A DNA stretch of 57,675 bases, counting the filler, from Asterionella formosa (Eukaryota), in assembly GCA_002256025.1 (NCBI GenBank). It is 6 parts of 6 records of this genome, joined end to end, with 100 filler letters (N's around TTAATTAATTAA, not from the genome) between each part and the next. Parts side by side here need not be neighbours in the genome. Positions count along the whole stretch, not along the records: positions 28,903 to 38,427 come from NKIB01010563.1; positions 38,528 to 48,052 come from NKIB01010567.1; positions 48,153 to 57,675 come from NKIB01010578.1; 3 more parts are not named here. One strand, 5' to 3'. Of this stretch, positions 34,848-48,280 are shown in pieces (positions within the stretch are counted from its first letter, which is position 1; every line of letters starts with the position of its first letter). The position numbers and the translations under genes were made by a program. The notes under the pieces are model-generated. The model saw only the letters and a list, made by a program, of their open reading frames with translations. It ran no database searches and was not told the DNA's origin.

Positions 34848-36867
34848 ATGTCCTTTCTGTCTTCGAGAAAGTACGCGTCGTTGGCTGTGATTGGCCTACT
34901 CGCCATGGGTAGCTCCATTGAAGCGTTCGGTCCGACAAGATCTCGCGCCTTTGCGTCGTCATCTTTCAGCGTTGCATCATCCACCCTTTTATTTGGAAAG
35001 AAATCGGCCCGCAAAGGCACTGGAGGTCCTGGCAAGAAAGGGGCCGGCCAAGTACCCCAAGAGAAGCAATCTGTGAAAGATGCTCGCTTCGATGCAGCCA
35101 CTCGACAGTTCATGTTCACCATGGTGGGGTTGAGTAAGACTTTGCCCGACAAGTCCAAGCAAATCTTAAAGAATATCCACTTGTGCTTTTATCCAGGAGC
35201 CAAAATTGGTGTAGTCGGGTTGAACGGGTCCGGAAAAAGTACATTGTTGAAGATTATGGCAGGTACGTTGATTCTATATTTCAATTGTAACTTTACTTTT
35301 ACTCTGCCCCTTGTCTTGGCTGACATTAAGCATTTACGACACTCTCGCAGGTGTCGACACGGAGTTCGAGGGAACAGCCCGTCCCCTCCCTGGCGCTTCC
35401 ATTGGATATTTACCACAGGAGCCAGCCTTGCCATACGAAACTGTACAAGAATGTGTCGATGACGCAGTAAAGGCTAGCCGAGCCACTCTGGACGAATACA
35501 ATGCACTCTCGCTCAAACTGGCGGATCCCACCATTGACGAGGAAACAATGGCCAAGACCATGGAAGCCATGGAACGAATGAACGATCGAATCGAAGCAGG
35601 GAATTTGTGGGATCTTGACAGAGTAGTATCTCGTGCCATGGATGCACTTCGCTTGCCACCTGGTGATGCCAAGACAGCAGTTTTGAGTGGAGGAGAAAAA
35701 CGTCGTGTTAGTTTGTGTCAACTATTGTTGTCGAACCATGATATGTTATTGCTCGATGAACTGACCAATCATTTGGACGCAGAGTCTATATCGTGGCTGG
35801 AACAATTCTTGGCAGATTTCAAGGGAACTGTTGTTTGCATTACCCACGACAGATACTTTTTGGAAAATGTGGCCGGGTGGATTCTGGAGCTAGACCGTGG
35901 AGAAGGTATTCCTCACGAGGGCAATTATTCGGCGTGGCTGGAGGCCAAGAATCAAAGATTGGAGGGAGAAAAGAAGCAAGAGTCTTCAGCGGCCAAGGCT
36001 GTCAAGGCTGAATTGGAATGGGTACGATCAAACCCAAAGGCCAAGGCTGTCAAGAGCAAGGCCCGCCTCAATCGCTATGAAGAGCTCTTGTTAGCGGCGG
36101 CGCCAACGGAGATGCGTAACGCTGGTCAGATTTACATTCCTCCTGGTCCTAGATTGGGTGATGTTGTTATTGATGTGAGCGAGTTGCGAAAGTCATTTGG
36201 GGAACGCCTCTTGATTGATGGACTTGACTTTTCTCTCCCCAAAGCTGGTATTGTTGGGGTTGTCGGCCCAAATGGAGCCGGAAAATCAACCTTGATCAAA
36301 ATGCTAATGGAACAGGATAAACCCGACGCTGGAACCATCACAATTGGTGATACCGTCAAAATAGTTGGCGTTGGTCAAGAGCGAATGGATGCATTGGATC
36401 CAAAGAAAACAGTGTATCAAGAAATCACAGATGAAATGGACGAACTTGAATTGGGCGATCAGCGCGTGCTCTCCCGTGCCTATTGCTCTTGGTTCGGTTT
36501 CAAGGGTGGCCAACAACAGGCAATTGTTGGAAACTTGAGTGGTGGTGAGCGCAATCGGGTCCAACTTGCCAAGTTATTGAAGTCTGGCGCCAACATGATC
36601 ATTCTCGACGAACCGACGAATGACCTAGATGTGGAAACCTTGCGATCTTTGGAGGAAGCCTTGCTGGCCTTTGCTGGTTGTGCACTAGTAGTTTCGCATG
36701 ATCGCTATTTTTTGGATCGCGTGGCAACTCATATCTTGGCTTGTGAGGGAGACTCGAAGTGGTTTTGGTTCCCAGGCAACTACCAAGAGTATGAAGAAAA
36801 CCGACTGGCGCGACTAGGCCCATCGTCCATCAAGCGAATCAAGTACGCGCCATTGGTCAATGCATAG
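34848..36867 (+). CDS. ettA: plastid-targeted ABC-F translation throttle EttA (YjjK/ChvD); exons 34848-35262 and 35351-36867
   Basis: FYPGAKIGVVGLNGSGKST, ELDRGEGIP.EGNYS.WL, IYIPPGPRLGD and two ABC domains. IEA-FGP presequence. GTACGT...GCAG intron. Confidence 0.93.
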
Positions 36868-37064
36868 ACCTTCAATAAATTTATAAGACTGCAGTCATGA
36901 AAAGACATGACCATTTTATTGCATTTTTCATCTTAAAAGGATTAGCATGATATCTTCTACATGTGCGCTCTGGCTTTTATCATATTATTGTCGCTTGATA
37001 ATAAATGAAAGCCATCATTTTGCTTTGCAATAGCGAAACAACGACTTGTACCCAACAATCCGAG

Positions 37065-38015
37065 CTATGATTCAATCTGTTTTCCAGTTGCAGGTGACAA
37101 CGACGATGATGGGACCAACATCCGATGCGTTGTTTTGTTAATCCATTCCCTGACCATCATCATGAGAGCACTTTTGAGGACAGTATGTAGCAACTGTAGA
37201 TTACATCCCTTATACAACGCTACTAGGCCATTGCGTTGGTATTCTTCTTTGAGACACGTGAACAATGAGGTTGTATTTTTGGACGTGACCATGAGCATTA
37301 CTTTTGCTCGAATGAGTGGATAGGTGGCTATTGTAGCTAAAAATTTTGAAAGTAGGCCAATTGCAAAGGCTTCTCTCATGGACAGAGCTTTGTTTGTATA
37401 TTTCAAACGACGTGATTTCAGCACGTCAAAAACGGTGTAATGGATCGATGGGTTGATGCAAAGTAACAGTGATGGCCACAATCCCTTCCACAAGGAACCC
37501 TTGTCTATGCTATCGCCTTGTATTGTCAGGTCACGTAGCTGGTTCTCCTTCTTTCCTTGTTCATTCATTGATGAGTCGACGTCTCTTGCTTCATCTTGCT
37601 CTCGTACGTCTTTACATTCTAGCGTGAGTGCTGATGTTTGGTGCCTCGACGCAATGACATCCAAGGGCAGTGTTATGCCTGTGTTTAGCATGGCAGCCAC
37701 GGCGGATAAAAGCAGCTTCGATATTGTGGATATCTGGCGATTATGCGTATGAGTTTGAGTGATGGTCCACCACGAAACGATGTAGGAATCAATATAAAAG
37801 TAACAAAAGCTCGATGCAGCCGTATGGAGTGTTTTGGCTGGAAGGCCCCGAACGAGACTTGCCGCCGGAGTCGTCGTCGAAGCCTGCATGTTTGTTTTGA
37901 TAACGTCCATGGGATAAAATGCCCAGAGAGCAACGAGAGCGCCCATTACCCCAGAAATCGCGTCCGCCAGGGCAGTCTTCTGCCAGACTTCAGTGGTCGT
38001 TGCTGCTCGTCCCAT
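37065..38015 (-). CDS. mitochondrial carrier family protein, peroxisomal PMP34/ANT1-like
   Basis: Three Px[DE]xx[KR]-type repeats (YPMDVIK, LPLDVIA, YPLIRAK) and LWKGLWPSLLLCINPSIHY. Confidence 0.85.
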   Translation of the reverse strand: MGRAATTTEVWQKTALADAISGVMGALVALWAFYPMDVIKTNMQASTTTPAASLVRGLPAKTLHTAASSFCYFYIDSYIVSWWTITQTHTHNRQISTISKLLLSAVAAMLNTGITLPLDVIASRHQTSALTLECKDVREQDEARDVDSSMNEQGKKENQLRDLTIQGDSIDKGSLWKGLWPSLLLCINPSIHYTVFDVLKSRRLKYTNKALSMREAFAIGLLSKFLATIATYPLIRAKVMLMVTSKNTTSLFTCLKEEYQRNGLVALYKGCNLQLLHTVLKSALMMMVREWINKTTHRMLVPSSSLSPATGKQIES

Positions 38016-40169
38016 GATTGTTTGGCGAGAAGTGAGAGTTCCTCAAAGTCAATGGAATTGTTCAACTGTGTTGCTTCTAGCAAAACAAAAACCACTCTGG
38101 AGGTGCAAATTGCCAACTGCAGAGCGTTTCTTTCATTCCAATAATTGTTTTTTGAAGGGCAGCATTCCCAGGTTGATGAATGGACTTTGAGACAGTGTCA
38201 ACACAGCTGCAACAGCCATCAAGGATGCATCAATTAGCTACATCAAACTAAGCTGATGATGACACTATGTAATAAATAAATAATTTTAACGATACTACGA
38301 AACTAATCCCAATTCAAGGCGACAGTAAAGGAACTCCTACGTAGCTAATAAACATACGTGCACAAAGAAAGCTCCAATAAAATGCAGAAGGTATTTGGTC
38401 CTTTCCACTTGCAACTCCCAATTCCCANNNNNNNNNNNNNNNNNNNNNNNNNNNNNNNNNNNNNNNNNNNNTTAATTAATTAANNNNNNNNNNNNNNNNN
38501 NNNNNNNNNNNNNNNNNNNNNNNNNNNTAATATAGTGATGATCAGGAATGCATGCATGATACTCTGATCAAATAATGAACGTGATGTATTCAGATAATAT
38601 ATAGATATATTCAAGTAAGCATTTTGATGTATTCAACTAATTCATGTGATCCATTCAAAATCAACTAGGCTTATTTACGTGATGGTCACTTCATGTAATA
38701 CGCGGCTTAGATGTGGATGTCGTTGCTCAGTCCCAAGTTTTTGACTCAAGACTTTGAAGCTGTAGCTAGTTCTGATGATTCATCACTCCCCCCTAGCAAT
38801 AATAGTCTACTAGTTGCTTTTTTGCCTTCTTCTTCTCGTTCTTGTTGTTCACTTCTCCTTCTCCTACTTCTTGATTTAAATTCATCTCCTAGACCAGCCA
38901 TGGTCAATTTACCATTTGAATCAAAGGCAGTATGTAGAGTAACTTCATTCTCTGTACTACTACCACTACTAGATGAATTTACGTGGTGGCCAATATGAAA
39001 ATTTTGACCATCATTACCCCAAACTCCACTGATTCCCCAAAAGCATTTCACTCATGATTATACAAACAAATCTAAAAGCTCTTGGGAAATCACTTTTGCA
39101 AAGGAAACAGTGGTGATATTGAGCAACATGGTGATCTGATCGAAGCAAACTAATTGGCATGATACTCCTTCCTGCAGTACTAGGGATAAGGATTATATAT
39201 TTTTCCCAGACCTGCGCAACGATAAATAATATTTTCTTGCAACCAGCCTTAGGACACCGGAGTAATTCATAAATGCATCCGTTCAAGAAACTATCTTGCT
39301 TGTCCGCCCAAGATTGAAGTGCCAGATGTAAGTCAATAGGTGATGTTTTGCATATACTGTACTAACATACTAGCTACCGGTTCTAGGTACTGCCTGGTAC
39401 CAGTACCAGTACACTACTGGTACTATGTACTCCGGAGTACATAAATGTATGCGTTGAAAAAATATGGCTGATCTTGCCTCTCCGCCCATGTACCTGTTAC
39501 TCCAAGACTTAGGCACCACAGTTCTGGTACCAGGTACAGCTGCCCTGGCACTGGTTGCAGGACCAGGATCAGTTACGGTACCTGGTACCAGGTACCTCCT
39601 GGTACTGGTAATTTGTTTTCTAGCTATTACCGGTATGTCGTCTACATTTCGACATGCCAGTATTCACCGAACGGACTCCTGCCGCTGGCGGACCCACCAT
39701 GAGTCACAACTTGACCACTAGCAAGTTGTGGTAGTTTGCTTAAATAAACAATTTAATCTGGGATAAAGGTAGCTAAATCTTTGATTCAGCAAAATTACCG
39801 CTACGTCAGCCCTTCGATCATTCGGTCATTGCTACACAGTGCGGAACTCCATCACGTGGGGATATGTCGTCACATGTTAAAAACCTACAAAGAAAACGAA
39901 GTAACCTCAAAAAGAGATGGTCAAGATTGTTCAGTATGTCATTCGAATAAATGAATTAGCAGTATCTTGCTCTCATGCGTACGACTGGATGAAACGCACG
40001 TAAAGAAACCGTTTAAATCTGTGAGTGGAATTGCTGGGAATCATCTTTGTCTCAAAAATTCAGTAACAGCCGAACGTAATTGTCATTTCCATAAATTGTA
40101 CCAGGTACACTAAAATCACTCTCTTCGTTCTCTCCTCCATCCCTTCGATTGACCGAGCGCTCCCACACA

Positions 40170-43100
40170 ATGACCACCGCCTCTACAAGCGACCCCACGT
40201 TCGAGCAACCTCCCGGGGACTTTGCCTGCGAGCGGAACAACTCGCTTGTGCCTCCCCGCAAAGGGGGCTTGGCCGCGCAAGTCGATGCCAGCATCAGCAG
40301 CAGTCTGGGCGACTTGGGGACTGGCGCGGGGAAGCCTGCCTTTCCTCTGAAAGGTCCCCAGCCCCTGTCCGTCTTGGCCAATGAGCGTACTCGTGCTGCC
40401 TTGTGCGACCTCATGGAAGGAGCTCTGACTGAGACGCGCACTCCGGCAGTCGACGAAGAAGCGCCCACCATGGAACAAACCATGATTCAGAATGTCTTGC
40501 AGCTGTGCGTCGAGCTGCGGGAGAACGAATCCAACGACAAGACGGCGGAAGTTCTGGCTGCGGCCTTGGCCTCTCTTGTTCTCAAGTCATCTCCCGAGAC
40601 GGGCATTCACCCCTCCGAAGTGCCTTATCGCCAACAAGTCTTTGGGACAAATGCGTTGGCAGAACGCAAGCTGGACAGCTTCTGCAAGCTCTGCTATGAA
40701 GCTGTGCAAGACTTCGTCCTCATCATGTTGATCGTTCTGGGCGTTATCAGCATTGTTGTTGAAACGACCTACGGACTTGATCCAGGGGAGACATGTGGAA
40801 CCTGTTGGATTGAGGGCGCTGCCATTCTCATGTCAGTGTGCATTGTCGTCCTCGTCACAGCAGGTATTGATTACGCCAAGCAATTTGCGTTTTTGACTTT
40901 GACCAAGTCTCTACATGAAACCAACACCAAGGTCGTGCTCCGCAATGGAGTTTCTGTCAGTATCATTGATGATGACATTGTCGTCGGAGATATTTTGTCG
41001 GTCAATTCTCATAACTTGGCCAGCATTCCAGCTGATTGCGTCTTACTTGGACCCATGGCAGATTTGAAAGTGGATGAAAGTACCTTGACGGGGGAGAGTA
41101 AGCTCATTGCTAAACGTCCTGGAGATGTAGTTTTGAGTGGCACATCGGCAATTCAGGGAAGTGGCAAAATGATTGTCATTGCAGTTGGGCCAAACTCAGT
41201 CAGTGGCAAAATTCGGGCTCGCGTTTATCAAAGCAAGGAATCCGAGGACGATGATCTAGAAGGAGATGATGTCAATAGTCCACTTTTTGTCAAGCTGGAT
41301 ACAATTGCAAAAACCATTGGATTGATTGGGACGGTGTGTGCCATTTGTGCCTTTGCGGCATCGTGCATTATTGGATTGGCCATTGAAAAAGATCCAATTT
41401 CAAACATTGTCGATTACTTGATTGTTGCCATTACTGTCTTGGCTGTCGCCGTACCAGAAGGATTACCCTTGGCAGTTACGCTGGCATTGGCCTTTTCATC
41501 TAGCAAAATGATGAAGGATCAGAATTTGGTCAAGCATTTGGATGCATGTGAAACCATGGGCTGTGCAACTACCATTTGTACTGACAAGACAGGTATGTGT
41601 TTGTTATTGTTCTATTGCTTCGGATTTATGGTTTTTGTTATCGAAACTCATGCACACATTCTACATCTACAGGAACATTGACTGCCAACAAAATGACCGC
41701 AAGGGCTATTTTTATGGGCATGAAGAACTATTTGGTGACAGACCCAACCGTCTTGCTAGGAGACTTTGTGAAGTCACTCAATGCTTCCAAGACAGCCATT
41801 GATTTGCTATGCAACCTCATTGCCATTAATACTATGGATGAGACAACCTTGTATCTGGACAAGGAGGGCAAATTAGAAGGTTCTAATGGCAATCCTACCG
41901 AAGTAGCACTCTTGATGTTGGTGCATGAATTGGGACTGGACTACAAGGCCATTCGGGATACCACACGAGGACGATCAGAACAAGGCTCTTTGGCTGATTA
42001 TTTGTCAGAGGGAAAACAGTTCGGCTTTAGTTCGGCCCGGAAAATGATGAGTTGGGCAGTCCCTCGGGACGGTGGTGGATATCGCCTCTACACCAAGGGT
42101 GCTCAAGAAGTCATTTTCGATCGGTGCACTCAATACATGTTGCCTGACGGGACAACGGAACCCTTGACACCAGCTGAGTCAGAACTATACAAGAGTGCCG
42201 CAATGACTTATTCACGTCGTGGTATGCGATGCTTGGGATTAGCTTATCGCGATTTGCCGCCTGGCTTTGATTTGGAGCAACTTCATGCAGCTGTCAAGAA
42301 TTCAGATGGAGCACAAGCTCTTGAAGCTGAAACAGATTTGACGGCAGTTGCACTTGTTGGCATTGAGGATCCACTTCGTCATGAAGTTCCTGCAGCCATT
42401 GAGAAATGTTACCGAGCTGGAATTGATGTCCGCATGGTGACTGGAGATAACCCAAACACAGCTGTGAGCATTGCCTACCAAGCTGGAATTCTTCGAGACG
42501 AACACTTTGTGGAATATGGTACAGGAGAAAAGGTAGCGGAAAATCTGAAGGAAAATGTAATGATGGAAGGGAAAATTTTTAGGTCCAAGGTATACCGAAA
42601 AGGTGAAGCAGGCAAGGATGAATTTGACCAAACCGCTTTCGACAAGATTTGGCCTCATTTGCGTGTTCTCGCAAGAAGTTCCCCCGATGACAAGCTTACA
42701 TTGGCTCACGGGTTGAACCAGTCGACCTTGTATGCTGATAAGGAAGCATGCAAGCGCCTTTTGAAGGATCACAATATTGTAATATTCCCAGATCGGCAGG
42801 TCATTGCCATGACAGGTGATGGTACCAACGATGCTCCTGCTCTCAAGAGATCCGACATCGGGTTTGCGATGGGTATCTCTGGCACTCAAATTGCCAAGGA
42901 CGCAGCTGATATTATCCTTTTGGATGATAACTTTGCGTCAATTGTAACAGCTGCCAAGTGGGGAAGGAATGTATATGCATCCATTCAAAAGTTTTTGCAA
43001 TTTCAATTGACCGTCAATATTGCCGCCGTAGTGACAGCCTTGACTGGTGCCTTTGCTTACCAATCCGCACCTCTTGCCGCCATTCAATTACTCTGGGTCA

Positions 43101-43841
43101 ATTTGCTCATGGATTCCTTAGCCAGTTTGGCTTTGGCATCCGAGCCCCCAGTTGATGCCCTCTTGGAGAAGCCACCTGTGAATCGCACAGAAAGTATGAT
43201 TACCAAACGAATGTGGGCCAACATGCTTTTACATGCTACCTACCAACTGATTATCGTCATGACAATCCTGTTCGCTGGTCCTGACCTTCTCGATCTGCCT
43301 CCAGGAAATATAGCAGAAGCCAATGGCGAGAACTCTGTTCACTATACGATTATTTTCAACTCATTTGTGTGGATGCAACTCTTTAATGAAGTTAATTGCC
43401 GAAAACTGAAGGGAGAACGTAAGTATACTGTATTTTTGTGTTGGCATGGAATTTTTTATTTCGCCATTTTTTCATATAGTAACAACTTTTTCCTTCATCT
43501 TCCTCCTGCCGTTGCTCTACGCAGACAATGTATTTTCTGGCATTTTTGACAATTGGATCTTTTGTAGCATTTTGTTTGGAACTGCAGGTTGTCAAGTAAT
43601 CATTGTCCAATTTGGAGGTGTTGCCTTTCACGTTGCTGACGGTGGACTTGATGCTAAGTATTGGGGACTGTGCATTGCTCTTGGTGCCGGGGAGTTGGTG
43701 TGGCAACAAGTGATTAATGTTTTTTATCGCTTTGCTCAATCGTACAATGTGATGCGCAATCGGAAGAGACTAACAAAATCCGGATCCTTGGCAAGGCGAA
43801 TTGTGGAAGATGGACATGTGCACCATCCTCATAATGAGTAA
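40170..43841 (+). CDS. P2B-type (PMCA/ACA) Ca2+-ATPase; exons 40170-41592, 41673-43418, 43525-43841
   Basis: ESTLTGES, VAVPEGLPLAVTL, DKTG|TLT (split by intron 1), MVTGDN, TGDGTNDAPAL and LLWVNLLMDS. Confidence 0.95.
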
Positions 43842-44079
43842 AACTGCTTTTACAATGATGTGATTTGGAAAGCTAGTGGAATCAATCGACGCAAGGAAAT
43901 AACGTTGTCTCACAATTCTCAAGGATGAATAAGTAGTGCAACTATATTAATGGAAATAGATCTTGAGTTATGCTCTGGTAATTCTTGTTTTGTCGGAGTT
44001 TTTCCAGTCACAGCAGATACTGAACATTACTACACTTGATAATTTTGCCATGTTTCCATCTTATGTCTTCGTTCATTGT

Positions 44080-45100
44080 CTTTTGAAGTCATTGACTCTT
44101 TTCAAGAAAACCCAAACCACTTCAGTGCTCTCCTTTAGTTGCTTGACCAAAGGGTGACATGTGGTGGAAGTGCAGACAAGTCAATGCAACACCCGCACTT
44201 TAGCAATTGTTGTGAATTAACTCTAATTGCACTATCAATGACACTCCGTCTGTGGCAAGTCCCACCCAAGTGAAGGAGCTGTCTAAGTAAGTTTCATTTT
44301 GGGTCTATTCTGAGTCATTTTTTTAAGTAAATGCTCCCGATAATTCCAAATGAAACATTGGGCTACCAAAGCAGCAAACCCCTGAGGGGACAAAAATTTC
44401 GACACTTCTACCTTAGATTATCCACCCGTCCCATTGGATAGCATCGAAGCAGAATTGGTTATCATGAAGGGCAAACCAAAGATTAGAACATCAGTCAAAG
44501 CAAAAGACTATTTTTCGAAACAAATGATTGAGGGCTATTTTACTACTTTGAACATATTTTTTAGTTAAAAAGGGGGATGGCTTAGTGGCTGGTTTAGCAA
44601 ATTGCCTTTGATCTGAGGTTGTGAAATTCACTTCCAACCATTTTTTGAGAGGCATCCTTGGCTGGGTTTGACTCCCACACTCCATACCACCATTCTGCAC
44701 AGTTTTGTCTGGTGTGCAAGAAATATTAGGTTGCCCCCCCCCCTACAAGCAGCTTGTGCTGCCTTCCAAGGCAGTCGGAGTTTCCCCTAAACTGCGGCTA
44801 AGACAATCACCTTTTGGTAATGTGGTTGGGAACTCACCTACACTAACAAAACTAGGGAGGCACATATTTTGTCAGCAGGTAGCACAATGAAAGACTTGCC
44901 TTGAAATAGGAGAGTACAAATGGGCTTTAAAACATACAATCCTTTTTAATATTATATGCACCTTTCAGTTCAGAATAATTTTTAAATAGTACTAAGGGCT
45001 GTTTGCTGGAGAATTATCGGAGCTTGCACTTCATGATCAACCAAGCTGCAAAGTTTGGGTACAACTATACATGAACACAGGGAATTCTAAATAACCAGAG
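44080..45100 (-). pseudogene. highly degraded ORF, possibly a DNA transposase (hAT-like)
   Basis: Short frames including a CxxC and a GLATDG-like segment, with many stops. Weak evidence. Confidence 0.25.
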
Positions 45101-45607
45101 GAACAGTAAAAGTGGTTTTCGTTAGCTAGAAGAGATATTCAGCAATGACACTTGACAATCAACAATGAAGGCACTGATGAGCCAAGGATTGTGATAACTT
45201 GTCTGACACCAGCCGCAATGGACTTACCTTCGCCTCCTTCACATCCTTTGTTTTTCTGACAAGCAGGCGGCCACCACCAAACAAGCTCTATCCTCCCAGC
45301 AGTGGATATTGTCACTACTTTTACTAGTAGATTGGATAGAATAGGCATCTTGGGATTACATGGGGCGACAATAATTGTTTTTGTTGCTTGAGGATGCTGA
45401 TGACGCAGCAATGAAATATACGCATTGGCTGGTGTTTCTCACCAATCCAAATGGCCAATCAGGCAAGAGTATGATTGATGCTGGTGAATTTGAGTATAAA
45501 GGTGGCTTGCATATAGGCTAATATAACATTAAAAAGAAATTACTTAAGAACAAAATGTTACCCCTATGTGACAATGACATTTTCGAAGTTATCCACAGGA
45601 TGTACTA

Positions 45608-45719
45608 ACTTTCATAAAAATGGCTTTAACTGGCGGTAACCACTTTAGATGTGAGGTCTGATGCACATGAACTGCAACCTCTAGGAATGGTTACCAGTTA
45701 ATGCCATTTTTCAGAAAGT
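45608..45719. repeat. ~112-bp inverted-repeat element (MITE-like)
   Basis: ACTTTCATAAAAATGGCTTTAACTGGCGGTAACCA versus reverse complement of the right end ACTTTCTGAAAAATGGCATTAACTGGTAACCA. Confidence 0.65.
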
Positions 45720-46652
45720 CAAAATTGTTTGGGTGGCTATGGAGAGGTAATTATCCATCAGCATTCTGATGGAGTAGGAGAGAAACCATTTATTTGGCCA
45801 TATTTAGTAATGTATGTCAACTTATGAAATGCTATTGCCCTGGCATCCAAATCTTCTCCTTAACGACAAGCGCTCCATGTGAAAGGACAAAGATGATCTA
45901 GAGCTGCAGCCAACACCATGTTGGCTGAGCACATCAAAGCAAACAAATTGTCGCATTGTTACTTGTTAGGGTCAAGGATAATAGATTTGACACAGATATA
46001 CGTTCAGGGACCAGTTTTAATTACTTTTTGTAGAAGGGTCCTGTATGTAGGGAAAGAAACCATCATCATCAGACTTGTGTACATCGTTAGTCGTCACATA
46101 ATAGCTACGTATAATTAACGGAAATACCGGTATACAATGTTTTCCAATAGTAATTAAGTACCAGCACCGGTTACCGTTGCATCCATCCATAGTATGTATG
46201 ATGCGGATCATTCTCAGTAAATAATTTCATTGCAACCTCCTCCCTTCCTCTTTTTTCACACAGAAATAATGGCAGTCTATTTCGGCAGTCAAAATTAGGG
46301 GGCTATTGAAATCTGGTCATCAAGAATGTAACAACATGAGAAATATCGAATGGGCAATTCTACTATTGACTGCCTAATGCAATAAGTGAAGATGTGAAAT
46401 ATTTATGTGGTCCATGTTTTCTATGAAGGGCAGTTGGCGCAGCGCCGGGGGCGTCGTTTGTATTTTCCCATGCCTATATGTATGTCCGCCCCTCCCCAGC
46501 CTCGACAAGAAGAAATACTCGCAGGCGTCGTCCACCTACTGCTTTAATCGTGTCATAGGTGTGAGCACAGTGCGCACCTCGTCGCAGCAAAGAAGTGTGT
46601 CTGAAGGGAGGAAATAATTGCAAAATCGCACCCAGAAATAAAGGAAAATACG

Positions 46653-48052
46653 ATGATGAGACGTCGGATAACCCTGCTCCTGCTTGGACTATTGGCAGTG
46701 CCCACATCGTCTCAAGCATCCAACTGTACCGTCGTGTTGTATCATTCTGATCTCAATCGAGATGATCGGTTGGATCAATCGGAGTATGTTATTGCAACAG
46801 ACATTATGTCTGGGCGCGCCTTGAATATCTTTGATGAGTACTTCAGCAATATTCCGCTGGTATTGCAACAGACATTCGAAGACTTGAGATGTCGATGCCG
46901 CAGTAGCAGTAGCAGTAGCAGTAGTAGTATCAGAAGCAGCCGTGTGAGCGATTGCTGCGGCAACAGCGATGCCACCATCGATATTACAGGAGCATCTCCG
47001 TATTCAACTCCGACCCTTTCCGATGTACAGTTCTTGAACGATACTTGCACGCAATTGGAAAGGACAATTCGTCGAGTCTTATCATCGAGTTACGAAACGA
47101 AATCGCAAGTGTCCGTTCGACAAGCAACGCCAGCGCCAACACCGTCACTTACACAATGTGAAATTGCCATGGTCATTGCGGATCGGGACAAGAATGATTT
47201 CTTAGATCAAACAGAATATATTGTTTTTGTCAATCGATTGTCGTCAAATGCCTTTGGCAGTTCCTTTGATACTTTACCGGACGTTTTGCAAGAAAATTAC
47301 TTTACTTTGTACACTGTTGGTGCCGGAATCGATGTCATGGGATCAAAGCCAGGAGTTAACACGACGTCGGAGCAACAAGCCCATTTGGATACTGTTTGCT
47401 CGAGTACATCCGCGGCCATTGGTGCTGCCTTGGGAGGAGGATCTCCAGTGGCAGCAACTCCGACGACCGCTGTGCCCACAACGCGAATACCAACGACTTC
47501 GCCACTTCGTCCAGTAGCTGCACCGACAAATGTTCCAACCAGTTCGTCGGTTAGTCCAACCACAATGCCAACGAATGTTCCAACGACGTCGGCATCTGGT
47601 CCCACAACATCCATTCCAATACCAACGACAACCACTCCATTACCCACAACATCCTTGTCAACGTGTACTATTAGTTTGACGATATCGGATCGGAATCAGA
47701 ATGACTATTTGGATCAGTCCGAATATGTAACCTTTGTCAATCGCCTTTCGAGTAGCACATGGCAAAATTCAAATTTTATGGAATTGCCCCTTGTGTTGCA
47801 AAACAATTACTATTTTCTGGCAGATGGTAACTCCAATGGAATCAACGTGCAAGGATCCAAACCAGGCTCATCGCCGACAGCAAATCAAACAGCAAATCTG
47901 GAAAACATCTGCTACCAAACTGATGTTTCAATTGATTCCGCTCTCAATCCAACGCCGACTGTTAGTCCTGGAACAACAACTGGACCGTCGCAATCAAGCC
48001 CAGAACCAACATTAAGTCCAGTAAGTCCTGTGCCCACTACAAGCCCTGCCAC
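46653..48052 (+). CDS. secreted protein with at least 3 Cys-bounded EF-hand-like repeats and Pro/Thr mucin linkers, 3'-truncated
   Basis: Signal peptide. Loops DLNRDDRLDQSE, DRDKNDFLDQTE and DRNQNDYLDQSE, each followed by LP/IPxVLQ..I[DN][IV]xG. PTT-rich spacers. Confidence 0.85.
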
Positions 48053-48152
48053 NNNNNNNNNNNNNNNNNNNNNNNNNNNNNNNNNNNNNNNNNNNNTTAA
48101 TTAATTAANNNNNNNNNNNNNNNNNNNNNNNNNNNNNNNNNNNNNNNNNNNN

Positions 48153-48280
48153 TCACATGAAACCGTTAAAAGTAATCTTTTTTACGTGAAGAGTGGCATT
48201 AATGCATGTGAAGTACCACATAATTAACACTCATACGTAGACGAAATTTCGAAAAGTGGCGTATTTCGCGTCTTAGATGT
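48153..48280. repeat. ~128-bp repeat, copy 1 (copy 2 at 50738-50866; diverged partial copy near 50472)
   Basis: TCACATGAAACCGTTAAAAGTAA...AAATTTCGAAAAGTGGCGTATTTCGCG.CTTAGATGT in both copies. Similarity ends abruptly. Confidence 0.88.

Noticed and set aside
38711..39300. Possible minus-strand gene remnant
   Set aside because: Broken frames with no identifiable domain, so no call can be supported.
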